DNA of 64,000 nt from Candidatus Latescibacterota bacterium (GTDB lineage Bacteria > Latescibacterota > UBA2968 > UBA8231): NCBI GenBank assembly GCA_965243025.1, contig CBDETY010000003.1, positions 5,440,001 to 5,504,000 of the forward strand, given 5' to 3'. Made by a program: the position numbers and the translations under genes. How positions within the stretch are numbered: position 1 is the stretch's first letter; every line of letters begins with the position of its first letter. Below are positions 21,175 through 30,940 of this stretch, piece by piece. Below the pieces are notes generated by a model. That model did no database searches and was not told where the DNA came from. It saw nothing but the letters and a program-made list of their open reading frames with translations.

Positions 21175-21502
21175 GAGTCATCGTAAGTTATTGATTTTTT
21201 TCGATTAATGAGTAAACCTTCAGAATGTATCACAGCTCCGTTCTGAATCTCCTACATGGAATCAGAATTTTCCTTGACCTGCCGCGTTTAAATCAGTACT
21301 TACTAGCATTAGCATTCTCAGAGTGCCGCTCTGTGCTTGAACGAAGCGCGCGAAGGGGGTGAGCTCGGGTACCAGAACGCAACAGCTAACATCTGAACTT
21401 TATTTCATCTCAATCCACCCTTTCACATCACATCCTTAGCTAAGGAGTAGTATCATGGTTGGTCCAGTATCGGCCTTGGGGGAACGGGAGGAAGTAGTTT
21501 TC

Positions 21503-22420
21503 GTGAAGAAGATTTCCCTGCTGTTGGCTGCCGGCGCCTTGGTGTTCGCACTGAGCACGGCGGTCACAGCGCACGATCCACCCGATTTCCTCGGCGCCGT
21601 GTGGGCATGGCCTGAAAACGCCCTGCCCGTGCTCGACGGGGATCTCAGCGAGTGGGACATCATTCCCCCCGAGCTGTGGATCACCGAGCAGGACGTCGTC
21701 AACAGCTCCGACAGGGTGACGGCCTACACCGGAGACATCGATGTCTCCTCCATGTCCTTCCGCTGGGTGCTCAGCTGGAACGACGAGACCAATCGCATCT
21801 ACTTCGGCTACGAGCGCTTCGACGACAAGCACTGGGGCGGCGGCGAGCACTACGAGGGCGCCATGGACGCCGACCATAGCGGCGGTACCTTCTGGGATAT
21901 CGAAGGTATGACCGACGAGGAGGCCCAGCGCCAGCGCGGTCGCCATGCCCAGATTTTTGGCTGGCATTTCGACTGGGAGGAGAGATGGTCGAACAACTGG
22001 ATGACGCAGGCCGACTGGTACGACGACCCGCTGTATACCGACCACGTCCACCGCGTCGAGGGCGTTCCTGGATCGACTGACGAGACCCGCCTCTTCGCCG
22101 AGTGGTACCAGATCTACTGGGACGACTTCAACTGGGAAGATCCTGAGGGAAGCATCGTGCACGAATTCGAAGACGATCAGATCATCGGCTACAGTGCTCA
22201 CGTGTACGATAAGGACGATGCTTACGAAGACGAAAACGGCGAAACCAGAGAAGACTGCAACTGCCACTCGCGCTGGACCCTCAGCCCGAACGTCGAGTCG
22301 TTCGGCAATGCCGACTACCTCGCCGACTTCCTCATTCTGCCGATCGACGACAGCGCCAATTTCGTCACGGCAGTCGAAGAAGACAGCTGGGGCAGAATCA
22401 AGGCTTCGCTGGCCAAATAA
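21503..22420 (+). CDS. Secreted acidic protein, CBM9/DOMON-like, with C-terminal AVE..SWGRIK motif
   Basis: GTG after GGGAGG; signal peptide; PVLDGDLSEW; ends TAVEEDSWGRIKASLAK. Confidence 0.8.
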   Translation: MKKISLLLAAGALVFALSTAVTAHDPPDFLGAVWAWPENALPVLDGDLSEWDIIPPELWITEQDVVNSSDRVTAYTGDIDVSSMSFRWVLSWNDETNRIYFGYERFDDKHWGGGEHYEGAMDADHSGGTFWDIEGMTDEEAQRQRGRHAQIFGWHFDWEERWSNNWMTQADWYDDPLYTDHVHRVEGVPGSTDETRLFAEWYQIYWDDFNWEDPEGSIVHEFEDDQIIGYSAHVYDKDDAYEDENGETREDCNCHSRWTLSPNVESFGNADYLADFLILPIDDSANFVTAVEEDSWGRIKASLAK

Positions 22421-22525
22421 TCAGGCTGGCACAGCCGATCATGAGGGATGGATCCGATTACCGGGTCCATCCCTTTTTTTCGTACATTTCGCGGTATCTC
22501 GGTGTCTACGCGAAGCACGAACGGA
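21636..22525 (+). repeat. 890 bp direct repeat, copy 2
   Basis: Identical to 6598-7487. Confidence 0.95.
22444..22480 (+). terminator. Rho-independent terminator
   Basis: Same hairpin and T run as 7406-7442. Confidence 0.85.
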
Positions 22526-22793
22526 GTCTCGCGCGATTTGTATATCGGATCCCAGTAAGTGGCCAATGCAATGCGTCACCAAAATCAGCGATCCAACTTC
22601 GCTCCCGATGGTATGGCTGGATATCGGGAACCACCAGGATGACATCATAATCCGACAACGCATCGACGTCCGAGTTGGGGTAGGCTCGCGTGCTGGTCAA
22701 TAACATGGCCCTGACGGCAGGCCGGGCATGTGCCCATTCCAACAATTTCGCAACCACCGAATCATCGCGAAGCTCATCTGGTAAGGAACTCAT
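22526..22793 (-). pseudogene. Aminoglycoside 6-adenylyltransferase-like N-terminal fragment
   Basis: VRAMLLTSTRA.P...D.LSDYDV nucleotidyltransferase motif; frameshift near 22570, then truncated. Confidence 0.7.
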
Positions 22794-24406
22794 GCAACTC
22801 TCTTACTCTCGCGAACTCGTTGTCGAGCGAACGTCCGTTAATGATCAGCATCGCTGTGATGTCACCGGAGTTGTCGCGGACGAACTGGACAACCGATGCG
22901 AACCAGAGACTGCCTCTGAACTCGTCGCGCTCCAGGGGACACAGCTCGATCGCCTGGTGACGACGATGCTTGGCGATGAGCGTTTCACCGCGCAATTCGA
23001 CCGAATAGACAGCATCGAGCTCCTCGCTGTAATACCGGCCTTCGAATGCGCGCAATTCCTCGGCGGACGGATTCCACGCTTCCACCCGCTTCCTCTCGAT
23101 ATCACGGTAGTCGAGGTGTGTTACCTGGCCACTGGCATTCCGGCGGAATCTCATGGCGGCGTTATATGCCGGTACGTAGAACTCCTCTTGCGATATCGCG
23201 ACCATCGGAAATCGGGACTCACGTGTCGCCTGAGTCATCAGTTGATCTCCATCGCGTGTAATCTCCAGTAACAAACCGGGGTCGAGCCTGTAAGTGCCGA
23301 CATAGCTGTCAAGCGTTGCCGCATCAACCGGCACTGAGTCTTCCGGTCCTGGCTTATCGTCTCGTTCTCGACCGTGAGAACATCGGCAAGATACATATCC
23401 GCGATCTGATAGGCCGAGCGCGAGGGATTGAAACTCGAAGAATTCCCCAGGACAACAATGCCCAATCGCTGCTCCGGGAAGTGGAGCAGCGTCGTACTAA
23501 ACCCGGCCCAGGAGCCGTCATGGGATGCAGTTGGTTGTCCGCGGTACTCACCGATGTTTAGACCATATGCATAGGAAATCGTGTCTCCGTTGTTGAGCAC
23601 ACCACGGGTTCTCATCCGTTCGATTACAGCGGGACCGCCGACAACAGCCGCATCGAAGTTCGTCACCCACTTGCCAAGATCGTCTACAGTAGAGAACAGA
23701 GAGCTCGAGCCGAGGGCCGTGAGGCCGTTCATGACAGCCTCGTAGTGGCCGTCATTCCCGCCATACCCGTACACCCTGCGGGGGACGACTTCTGAATGGT
23801 CATCGTGGAAGTGGGTATCATTCATCCCGAGCGGTGCGAAGAGGTTTTCGTGTGTCCACTCACGAAAGCTCTTGCCCGTGACTCGTGAGACCAGCTCAGC
23901 TAGAAGATTGTATCCCGTGTTCGAGTACAGATGGCGCTCGCCAGGAGTGAAGTTCAACGTCTTCTGGTGATACGCCATGGTCAGGATCTGACTGAAAGAG
24001 ATCACGTCGTCCATTTGCCATCCGGCTATGGCAAGTGTTCCCACCCAGTCTCGTACCCCGCTTATGTGGTGGAGAAGATGGCGAACAGTGATGGTCTTAC
24101 CGAAGTCGGAAAGCTCATGGATGTAGTCCCTGATATCATCGTCGGGATGCAACTTGCCCCCTCGACAAGCATGCTGATCGCCATACCGGCGAACTGCTTC
24201 GACACCGAGGCGATGTCAAACACCGACTCGGGCGTGATCGAGATCTGGTGCTCAATATTGGCGCTTCCATATCCCTTTCGGTGGAGCACCACTCCATCCT
24301 TTATGACAAGAACGGCCGCGCCGGGCTTATCAGGTTGGTCCATCTCTACAAACAAGGCGTCGATCTGAGCCGAAAGAGAGTCGCCCTGCGTCGAAGTACG
24401 ATTCAC
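22774..24406 (-). pseudogene. Beta-lactamase-family serine hydrolase with DUF3471-like tail, split by two frameshifts
   Basis: ASVSK (SxxK), YSNTGY and HDG motifs spread over three consecutive frames; shifts near 24155 and 23335. Confidence 0.85.
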
Positions 24407-24511
24407 GGATGCATCTCCGGTCTGTAGCTAGTTATTGAGCGCCGAATTGTCGCCTTCTAGCCAGGACCTGGATGTTGGTCGACGAATCGGCCCTCACTCA
24501 CCCGTCTTCAT

Positions 24512-24892
24512 TTGCCTTCAGACCGGGGACGAACACGTGAGGAGGGAGAACATGTTCGACAGAAGGAAATCAACATAGTCCTTTCTCTTCAGCCTCAGGT
24601 GATCATTGGCGATTTTAACGTTCGACCTGGTGAACCAGTCTATCAGAGGATGAAAAAAATGGGATATATAGATGCAGCGGTTAAGGTGGGAAAAGATAAA
24701 ACTCCTACAACTGGCAACGTTCGTGTTGATTACGTATGGATCCAGAGTGCAGTTAACTTGGAATTGATAGACTATACTGTGCTTGGTCAGAGGGAGTTCA
24801 ATCACACGATTGGAGATGAAATTCATATCTTAAGCGATCATTTACCGGTTAAAGTAACGTTTAGCACGGAAAAGGGAAATACCCAAATATGA
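24512..24892 (+). pseudogene. Endonuclease/exonuclease/phosphatase family, C-terminal fragment
   Basis: GDFN, RVDYVW, SDHLPV; N-terminus missing; AT-rich. Confidence 0.75.
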
Positions 24893-25014
24893 AATTTGAT
24901 GCTATTTTCTTTGATTCTGGTGGAACTCTGTTTGATTTTTCAAATCCATTGTTAAGAAGGAATCGGTACTATGAGAAACAGAAAAAGATGTCCCGCCCAT
25001 CCAGGACAGTGTAA
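24889..25014 (+). pseudogene. HAD hydrolase N-terminal stub
   Basis: MKFDAIFFDSGGTLFD (motif I) overlapping the upstream stop; terminates after 41 codons. Confidence 0.55.
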
Positions 25015-25072
25015 ATTTGGATGACTCCCTTAAGACTATGAGGTTGATGGAGAAAATAGGGGAGATCTCTAG

Positions 25073-26629
25073 CAGGCCGTTGAAAATCCGGGTTATTCCG
25101 GAAACCCCGGACGTCGCGGATGTATGATTTCCTTTCCCAAGAAAATCGGTTATCAGGCTAAACATTCCCATTTATAGAAATGGTCCCGAAAAGGACAGCT
25201 CAACAATCGCAAATAACCGAAAATTCGACCCAAAAGAGCGTTTGCGCGATCGGCAAAAGTCGAGAAAACCGATGCCAATCCATACAACCCTTTCGGCGTT
25301 CCCTTTCCGGTGAGCTTGCGCATCACCAGCCCGAGATTGAAGGCGCCGCCATGAATACACAGACGCTTGTAGATGTTGGTGTGGCCGCGCAGGTGAGTGC
25401 GGCGCATGCCTCCCGTTTCGTAGGTATGAGCGAAACTGCGCTCCACGTGCTCGGCGCGAAGCCGCTGCAGCCTCTTGCCGCGGTCTCCCCGTATACGCCG
25501 ACGATTCGCATACACCGCCGTCTTGGCCGGCGCATCCTTCTTCCAGTTGCGCCGACCGCGATCCGGTTCGGCCACGTAGCTGCGGATCTCCGCCGTCCTC
25601 AGCATCTTCATCGTGTCATTGCTGTGATACCCCCGGTCCGCCACCACTTCGCTCAGCCTGATCTGCTCATCGACACCGACCTCTTTCAGGCTGCGGTCCG
25701 CCTGCACCAGACTCCACAGCAGCGACGCGGTATCCCCTTCATCGGCGCCGCACACCTGCAGGGCCACCAGCGCCTGCGTGTCCAGATCGACCGTATGTTC
25801 GGCCTTGTGGGCCATATGCGTGCGGCCGTCTTTCATCCTGGTTATGCGGGCCTCCCGATCATGGGGATGCGCCCAGTCCCGGTTGGACGCCTTGTTGGCC
25901 CGCTTGCGGTCGAGCCGGGCCACCTCCTGCCGGGTCGGCTCCGGAATGCCTTCGGCCCGGGCCAACCCTTCCAGATACTCGCGGTAGCCCTGGCCCGTAT
26001 CCCGGCGCACGATGCTGCGCATCGCCGCGTTGGCCTCCAGCGTGGTGGCGTCCACCGCCACCGTCTTTCCCTGCAGCAGGTCCCGGTCGGACAACACCTT
26101 CAGCACCCAGTCGAAGACCGCTTCGTGCACCGCTTCGGGCAGGCGCTGACGAATACGCGACAGGCTCGAATGATCCGGGGTGGACTCGGTCAGGGCGTAG
26201 CCGAGAAAGCGACGCAGAGCCAACGAATCGGCGACCCGCCAGGCAATGGCCCGCTCCGATCCCAGGCCTTCGAAATAGCCGATCATGAGCATGCGGAAAT
26301 ACACCCCGGGAGCAATACTGGGACGGCCCAACCTCTGGGCGTAATACGGGGCGCACTGCTCTTCTACAAAGGAATCAAACCCATGCTCTTCCAGCAGCCG
26401 GTTGAGTTGGGTGTAAAACGGATGGCTCGGGGTCTCGGGGAGGGTATGGGTCGGCACCCAGATCTCCTGCTGCTGACTTTTCCGACGTTTGCTCATCGAC
26501 ATCACCGGCCTCCTTGGGGCATCGGCTCGTTTTTCTTGGATCTTTCATAAATCTAGAAAAGGGCGGGTACGACGGGCAATCGTCTGAGGCTATGTTTTTA
26601 TTAGGAAATAGGACTTTTTCAACAGCCTG
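25073..26629 (-). mobile_element. Insertion sequence, IS1182/IS5-type, apparently intact
   Basis: Terminal inverted repeats CAGGC(C/T)GTTGAAAA; CTAG on both flanks (25069-25072, 26630-26633). Confidence 0.9.
25153..26505 (-). CDS. DDE transposase (DUF772 N-terminus)
   Basis: GRPSI.P....RML, SER, PDHSSLSR.R, VDAT, ADRGY, VERSF. Confidence 0.9.
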   Translation of the reverse strand: MMSMSKRRKSQQQEIWVPTHTLPETPSHPFYTQLNRLLEEHGFDSFVEEQCAPYYAQRLGRPSIAPGVYFRMLMIGYFEGLGSERAIAWRVADSLALRRFLGYALTESTPDHSSLSRIRQRLPEAVHEAVFDWVLKVLSDRDLLQGKTVAVDATTLEANAAMRSIVRRDTGQGYREYLEGLARAEGIPEPTRQEVARLDRKRANKASNRDWAHPHDREARITRMKDGRTHMAHKAEHTVDLDTQALVALQVCGADEGDTASLLWSLVQADRSLKEVGVDEQIRLSEVVADRGYHSNDTMKMLRTAEIRSYVAEPDRGRRNWKKDAPAKTAVYANRRRIRGDRGKRLQRLRAEHVERSFAHTYETGGMRRTHLRGHTNIYKRLCIHGGAFNLGLVMRKLTGKGTPKGLYGLASVFSTFADRANALLGRIFGYLRLLSCPFRDHFYKWECLA

Positions 26630-26850
26630 CTAGTGTTTAGTAGAGGATCGTCTTATTAAGAGAATTAGCCCAGATTAAGACAAGTATATATTAGTAACGG
26701 ACCACCAAAGTGTGGGGTAAATCGAGGAAAGGAACAAAAAACATCCCCAACCGTAGTTCAGGCACCCCTGCCTAAACGCTTCGGCAAGGGCCGAAGCTAC
26801 GAGTGGTTCGTTGTAAGATCATGTTTGGAAGAGCACTTGAGGAGGTTCGG

Positions 26851-27654
26851 ATGGACAAGGATAGAATAGTTTTACCCACATGCGAAGTCAGCATGGACCC
26901 TGAGACAGCCATTGAGATGGGGAGAAGCTGGGGAATAAAACACTTTGAGATAAAGACCCTATGGGAAAATAGAAGAATACCCTTTATAACGGAGGAGCAG
27001 AAAGATCATCTGAAACGCGTGGTAAAGGACTACGGCGTAGATATAACCGCTATCTCTCCGGGGTTGTTTATCGGCAGCGAAGCAAGGGAAGATTTAGCAA
27101 AGAAAGAGCTTGATGAGAAGTTACCCCTCAGCATAGATCTTGCAAAAGAACTTGATGTTAAGATAATGGTCATATTCAGTTTCAGGAAGGCCGAGAGGGT
27201 GGAGGAAAGTTGGGTAATAGACAAACTTGGAAAAGTAGTTGACGCCGCTAAGGACGCCGAAATAACTCTCGTAATAGAGCCTTTGATTGGCAACTACTGC
27301 GATAGTGGGGGGGCTCTAAGCAGAGTTATTAGAGGGGTGGGCAGCGATACTCTTCGTGTAAACTGGGACGCCGGAAACGTTGCTAAAGCCGGTTATAAAG
27401 CTTTTCCAGATGAGTATGACCAAGTAAAAGACCTGGTGTCGTATGTTCACCTAAAAAACTATTCATCCACCGGTGACAAGTGGGCTGTCTTTGACGAAGG
27501 AGATATTGACCTTAAAGCCCAACTGGATGCTTTAGGTAAAGATGGTTACAATGGTTATTTGTCGATTGAAACACACACCAGATATAACAAGAGCTTCCAG
27601 CCGGTTTTGGAGGCGAGTAAGTGGAATTTCGATATTTTAACCAAGTGGAGATAA
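26851..27654 (+). CDS. Sugar phosphate isomerase/epimerase, AT-rich foreign gene
   Basis: GAGGAGG RBS; IEP, WDAGN, VHLKN, SIETH. Confidence 0.85.
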   Translation: MDKDRIVLPTCEVSMDPETAIEMGRSWGIKHFEIKTLWENRRIPFITEEQKDHLKRVVKDYGVDITAISPGLFIGSEAREDLAKKELDEKLPLSIDLAKELDVKIMVIFSFRKAERVEESWVIDKLGKVVDAAKDAEITLVIEPLIGNYCDSGGALSRVIRGVGSDTLRVNWDAGNVAKAGYKAFPDEYDQVKDLVSYVHLKNYSSTGDKWAVFDEGDIDLKAQLDALGKDGYNGYLSIETHTRYNKSFQPVLEASKWNFDILTKWR

Positions 27655-27881
27655 TTTCTCAGACCCGGGATGGGTTTCATTTTGGTAGAAATGGATAATA
27701 TCAGTTTGCGAAGTTAACATTTGGTAGGAATTGAGCCTTCAGGCGGGTGTTTTGGGGGTAAAAACCGACTAAAGTCTCTATTCCAGAGAGCCGCATGAAG
27801 CTCGGTCTGGGCTTGGCACCGAGACAGATTACCCTGGATTTCCGAAGAGAGAGACAGAACGGAAGGACGGCTGGCTGAAGG

Positions 27882-29660
27882 TCACTTCCTTCCGCCGATG
27901 GTGGTCCCGTGGGTGCGCTCGGGTGCGTCGGGCGCTCGATCGATCATGCGGTTGGGTCGCCCGTCCTGCTTGACGAGATCGAAGGCGTCGTAGAGCTCTC
28001 CGGTGGCGGTCATCGCGCGGTATTCGAGCGTGTCTCCATTGACGGAGATGACCTGGTAGAGCTGCGTGTTCTCCGCCGCGCGGTCCCACCATTTGTTCGG
28101 GGTGAGCTTGTACTGCTTGGGTCCGCTCACGGAGACGACGTACACGGTGCCGATGTCCGCGTCGGTGGCACTGACCCCGGTGGGCAGGTTCCGGCCGCGA
28201 CCGTACGCGTGGTCATGTCCCGTGAAGACGAGGTCGACGCGATACTTGTCGAAGATGGGCTTCCACAGCTCGCGCAGGCCTTTATTGTCCCGGCCCTCCG
28301 CTGTGGAGTAGATGGGATGGTGGAAGGTGATGAAGGTCCACCGGTTCGGGTTGTCGCTCAGGACGTGTTCGAGCCAGGGCGCCTGGGCGTCGCGCTTCTC
28401 GTTGGAGTTGAGGGAGATGATACGGACGCCCTGGTAGTCGACGTAGTAGACGGATTCCTCGAGTCCCTCGATGCCTCCCTCGGGAAGGGTGAAGTGAGGG
28501 CGCCAGAGCCGGGAGAGACGCCGGGGTAGATTCGTGTGGGTAACGGAACCGTGATCCCAATGTCCAGAGGTATTATTATCGACCGCTCTTTGGGGACCTC
28601 CTCCAGGATATGTACTGGACTGTCTCGCTATCTTGCCGAGGGCTACATTTGTGAGTGTAGCTTCTGCGGATTCTTCGTCTTTACCCCCCATCACCTGGAC
28701 TTCAGCTAAGGAGAGATAGTCCTTTCCCGCTAATTCTATGCGAACATAGCGACCCTTTTTGTTGTTGAGGGGAATAGTCACGGAGGGATTTGGAGGATTC
28801 TTGATATGCGCAACTCTCGACCCTGATACCGTTACGTAAAAATTGGCCAATCGCTCCCCGCAGCAGTCCGTCCGATTCCAGATAACAATAGAATCGATGA
28901 GGTATTCTTCCCCGAGATCGACTTCCCACCATACACTCTGTACGCTTGTGGTGTCCGTGGCGTACTCGTGGTTCCCGGGTGACGGAATGCCGGGAACTGT
29001 CGCGTGGATCCAGCCCCCGGATTCGAACCATTCGCCCCACTCGATGTCCCGGTTGGGGCGATTGACGAGGTCTCCCGCGTGGAGCAGAAAGGCAGCGTCC
29101 GGCGCATCGGAGTAGGCTTCGCGGATGGTGCGCGACCAGAGGGACAGGAGGTTGTTCTGGGCGTCTCCGAAGTAGACGAACGAAAACGGTTCCGCCTTGT
29201 TACTGGCGGTCTCGAACTGAAGCCACTCGCTCCAGAAGTCGCCGCCGCCGACCCGGTAGCCGTAGGTCGTGGCCGGAGTCAGACCGGTCACGACAGCGGA
29301 GTGGTAGAGGGCGACGCCGTTCTCGGTCTCCACTCGCTCGGACTTCGCCGACACTTTGCTCGCATTCAGAAAGAACTTGGGCGAGGCCGTGGCAGGAGCG
29401 ATCTCGACGACAGGCTCGGCCATCGTCGTGTCCGTCCGCCAGGTGACCGCAATCGAGGTGGCCGGATCGCCCTTGAAGTTGAGAACGATGCGATCGGGCA
29501 GGGGCGACGGCCGGGGATCGTGAGCCGCCGTTCCGTATGAGGCGTTGAGCTGGGCTTTGTGATCGGGGGCGGGCTGCTTCACCGCGCAGGATACCGCCAG
29601 GGCCATAACCGACAGACCTGCAACGAGTTGCCGGATCGTGAGGAAGGGAGATCGGGCCAT
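27882..29660 (-). CDS. Purple acid phosphatase-type metallophosphoesterase lipoprotein with an inserted F-type lectin segment
   Basis: Lipobox LAVSC; FN3-like N-domain; GDAQ, GDLV, GNHE, HHP, GHDH; AT-rich in-frame insert at ~28527-28950. Confidence 0.85.
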   Translation of the reverse strand: MARSPFLTIRQLVAGLSVMALAVSCAVKQPAPDHKAQLNASYGTAAHDPRPSPLPDRIVLNFKGDPATSIAVTWRTDTTMAEPVVEIAPATASPKFFLNASKVSAKSERVETENGVALYHSAVVTGLTPATTYGYRVGGGDFWSEWLQFETASNKAEPFSFVYFGDAQNNLLSLWSRTIREAYSDAPDAAFLLHAGDLVNRPNRDIEWGEWFESGGWIHATVPGIPSPGNHEYATDTTSVQSVWWEVDLGEEYLIDSIVIWNRTDCCGERLANFYVTVSGSRVAHIKNPPNPSVTIPLNNKKGRYVRIELAGKDYLSLAEVQVMGGKDEESAEATLTNVALGKIARQSSTYPGGGPQRAVDNNTSGHWDHGSVTHTNLPRRLSRLWRPHFTLPEGGIEGLEESVYYVDYQGVRIISLNSNEKRDAQAPWLEHVLSDNPNRWTFITFHHPIYSTAEGRDNKGLRELWKPIFDKYRVDLVFTGHDHAYGRGRNLPTGVSATDADIGTVYVVSVSGPKQYKLTPNKWWDRAAENTQLYQVISVNGDTLEYRAMTATGELYDAFDLVKQDGRPNRMIDRAPDAPERTHGTTIGGRK

Positions 29661-29698
29661 TTCTAGAGACTCCTGAAAGGGTGACACCCGGTGTGGAA

Positions 29699-29770
29699 CG
29701 GATAGGACTGATAAGCGGCCATTCTTGGTAGTCTATATCGGTTGGGACGTGAGGTCGAGACCTCCGGCTC
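29699..29770 (-). mobile_element. 72 bp oriIS-end module A, copy 3
   Basis: Reverse complement of 19373-19444. Confidence 0.85.
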
Positions 29771-29836
29771 AACCCGCGTAGCGGGTTGGCGAAGTCCAAG
29801 CGGCGAATGCCGCGCTGCATTAACCCGCTGTTAGAG
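29771..29836 (+). other. Possible 3' half of an integron attC site
   Basis: Palindrome AACCCGCGTAGCGGGTT, hairpin GCGGC-GAAT-GCCGC, then GTTAGAG (GTTRRR core) and a switch to AT-rich DNA; left half absent. Confidence 0.4.
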
Positions 29837-29928
29837 GTGCGTTGGATTTTTGCTCTCCAAACTCAAATACTAAGAGCCTATTCGGAGATTTCTATACTCG
29901 AAACTCATCTGAATACGGGTGTTCAGAA

Positions 29929-30879
29929 TCAATGGGGGGCAGTCGGATAGGTCCCGTCCAGAGCCCGCTCCCGATCGCGGCGCACCCTGGCCAGATAATC
30001 GCACATCGGCTCGATCTCAAACTCCGCGATTAACTCATCGGTGCTCTTATGCGGCAAGTGTGAGCGCAGCGTCAACAGACACTCGTCACCGAGATGCTCC
30101 GCCGTTGCAGCGTCCGGACCGTAGCGTTCAAACAAGGACCGCACGCGCTGGATGTTGCCGTCGTGATGCACCACCCGCATATCGAGATCGAGGTCGGCAC
30201 TGATCAGCGGCGCCATGCCGGTCTCATCGCTGGTTCGGCGCGGCACACTGCGAATGAGCCGCCCGGCCGGATCAATAAACGAGCTGCCGCCGGCAAATAC
30301 CCCCGCCATATAAAAACCAAACTCAATAGCCCAGCGGCTCATCATCCGTACGCCCGTCCACATGGATGACCAGACGACCAGCTCGGGGCGGTTAGCGCAG
30401 GTTGCATGTCCTACTTCCCAGTAGTTGATATCAAAGCAGATGGTCAAAGCAATGCGGCCAAAGTCGGTTTCAAAAACAGGGGTTTCCGTGCCGGGGATAA
30501 TGCCCAGGTCCAGCTCTGGATGGGTCGGCATGTTTTTGTGATGCACGCCAACCACTTGGCCCGCACGGTCGATGAGGATGGAACTGTTGCGGCGCTTGTC
30601 ACCTTCCATAATTGCCTGCGGAATTACAACATACACCGAATGGGTGCGGGCGGCAGCAGCCATGGCCGTAACCGTGGGGCCGTCGAGTTCTTCAAAGACC
30701 CATGCGTCGGGCGCGCCCAGATAAGAGCAGATCTCCGGAAAGACAACGAGGTCGGCCTTTTGTGAGGCGGCCTGGGTTATGTGCATCCCCATCTTGTCAA
30801 GGGTTTTGGATAGCCGGTCAGGGTCATCGCCTGCAACCGGGCTGTAGCTGACCAGAGAAACAGTCGCGTTCCGATTCAT
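29929..30879 (-). CDS. Carbon-nitrogen hydrolase (nitrilase superfamily)
   Basis: E-K-C triad in FPE, HHK, ICFD. Confidence 0.85.
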   Translation of the reverse strand: MNRNATVSLVSYSPVAGDDPDRLSKTLDKMGMHITQAASQKADLVVFPEICSYLGAPDAWVFEELDGPTVTAMAAAARTHSVYVVIPQAIMEGDKRRNSSILIDRAGQVVGVHHKNMPTHPELDLGIIPGTETPVFETDFGRIALTICFDINYWEVGHATCANRPELVVWSSMWTGVRMMSRWAIEFGFYMAGVFAGGSSFIDPAGRLIRSVPRRTSDETGMAPLISADLDLDMRVVHHDGNIQRVRSLFERYGPDAATAEHLGDECLLTLRSHLPHKSTDELIAEFEIEPMCDYLARVRRDRERALDGTYPTAPH

Positions 30880-30940
30880 TATGCTTCCCGTTTTATTCCC
30901 ATTACTCCTAACGTTTTGCCGCTTTGCGAATCGCTCTGAG

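Noticed and set aside
21274-21302. TTGACC-N17 promoter conserved in both locus copies
   Set aside because: The -10 hexamer (TACTTA/TACCTA) is too weak to call confidently
22526-24406. Functional antibiotic resistance pair
   Set aside because: Both genes are frameshifted or truncated; the serine hydrolase family is mostly non-resistance
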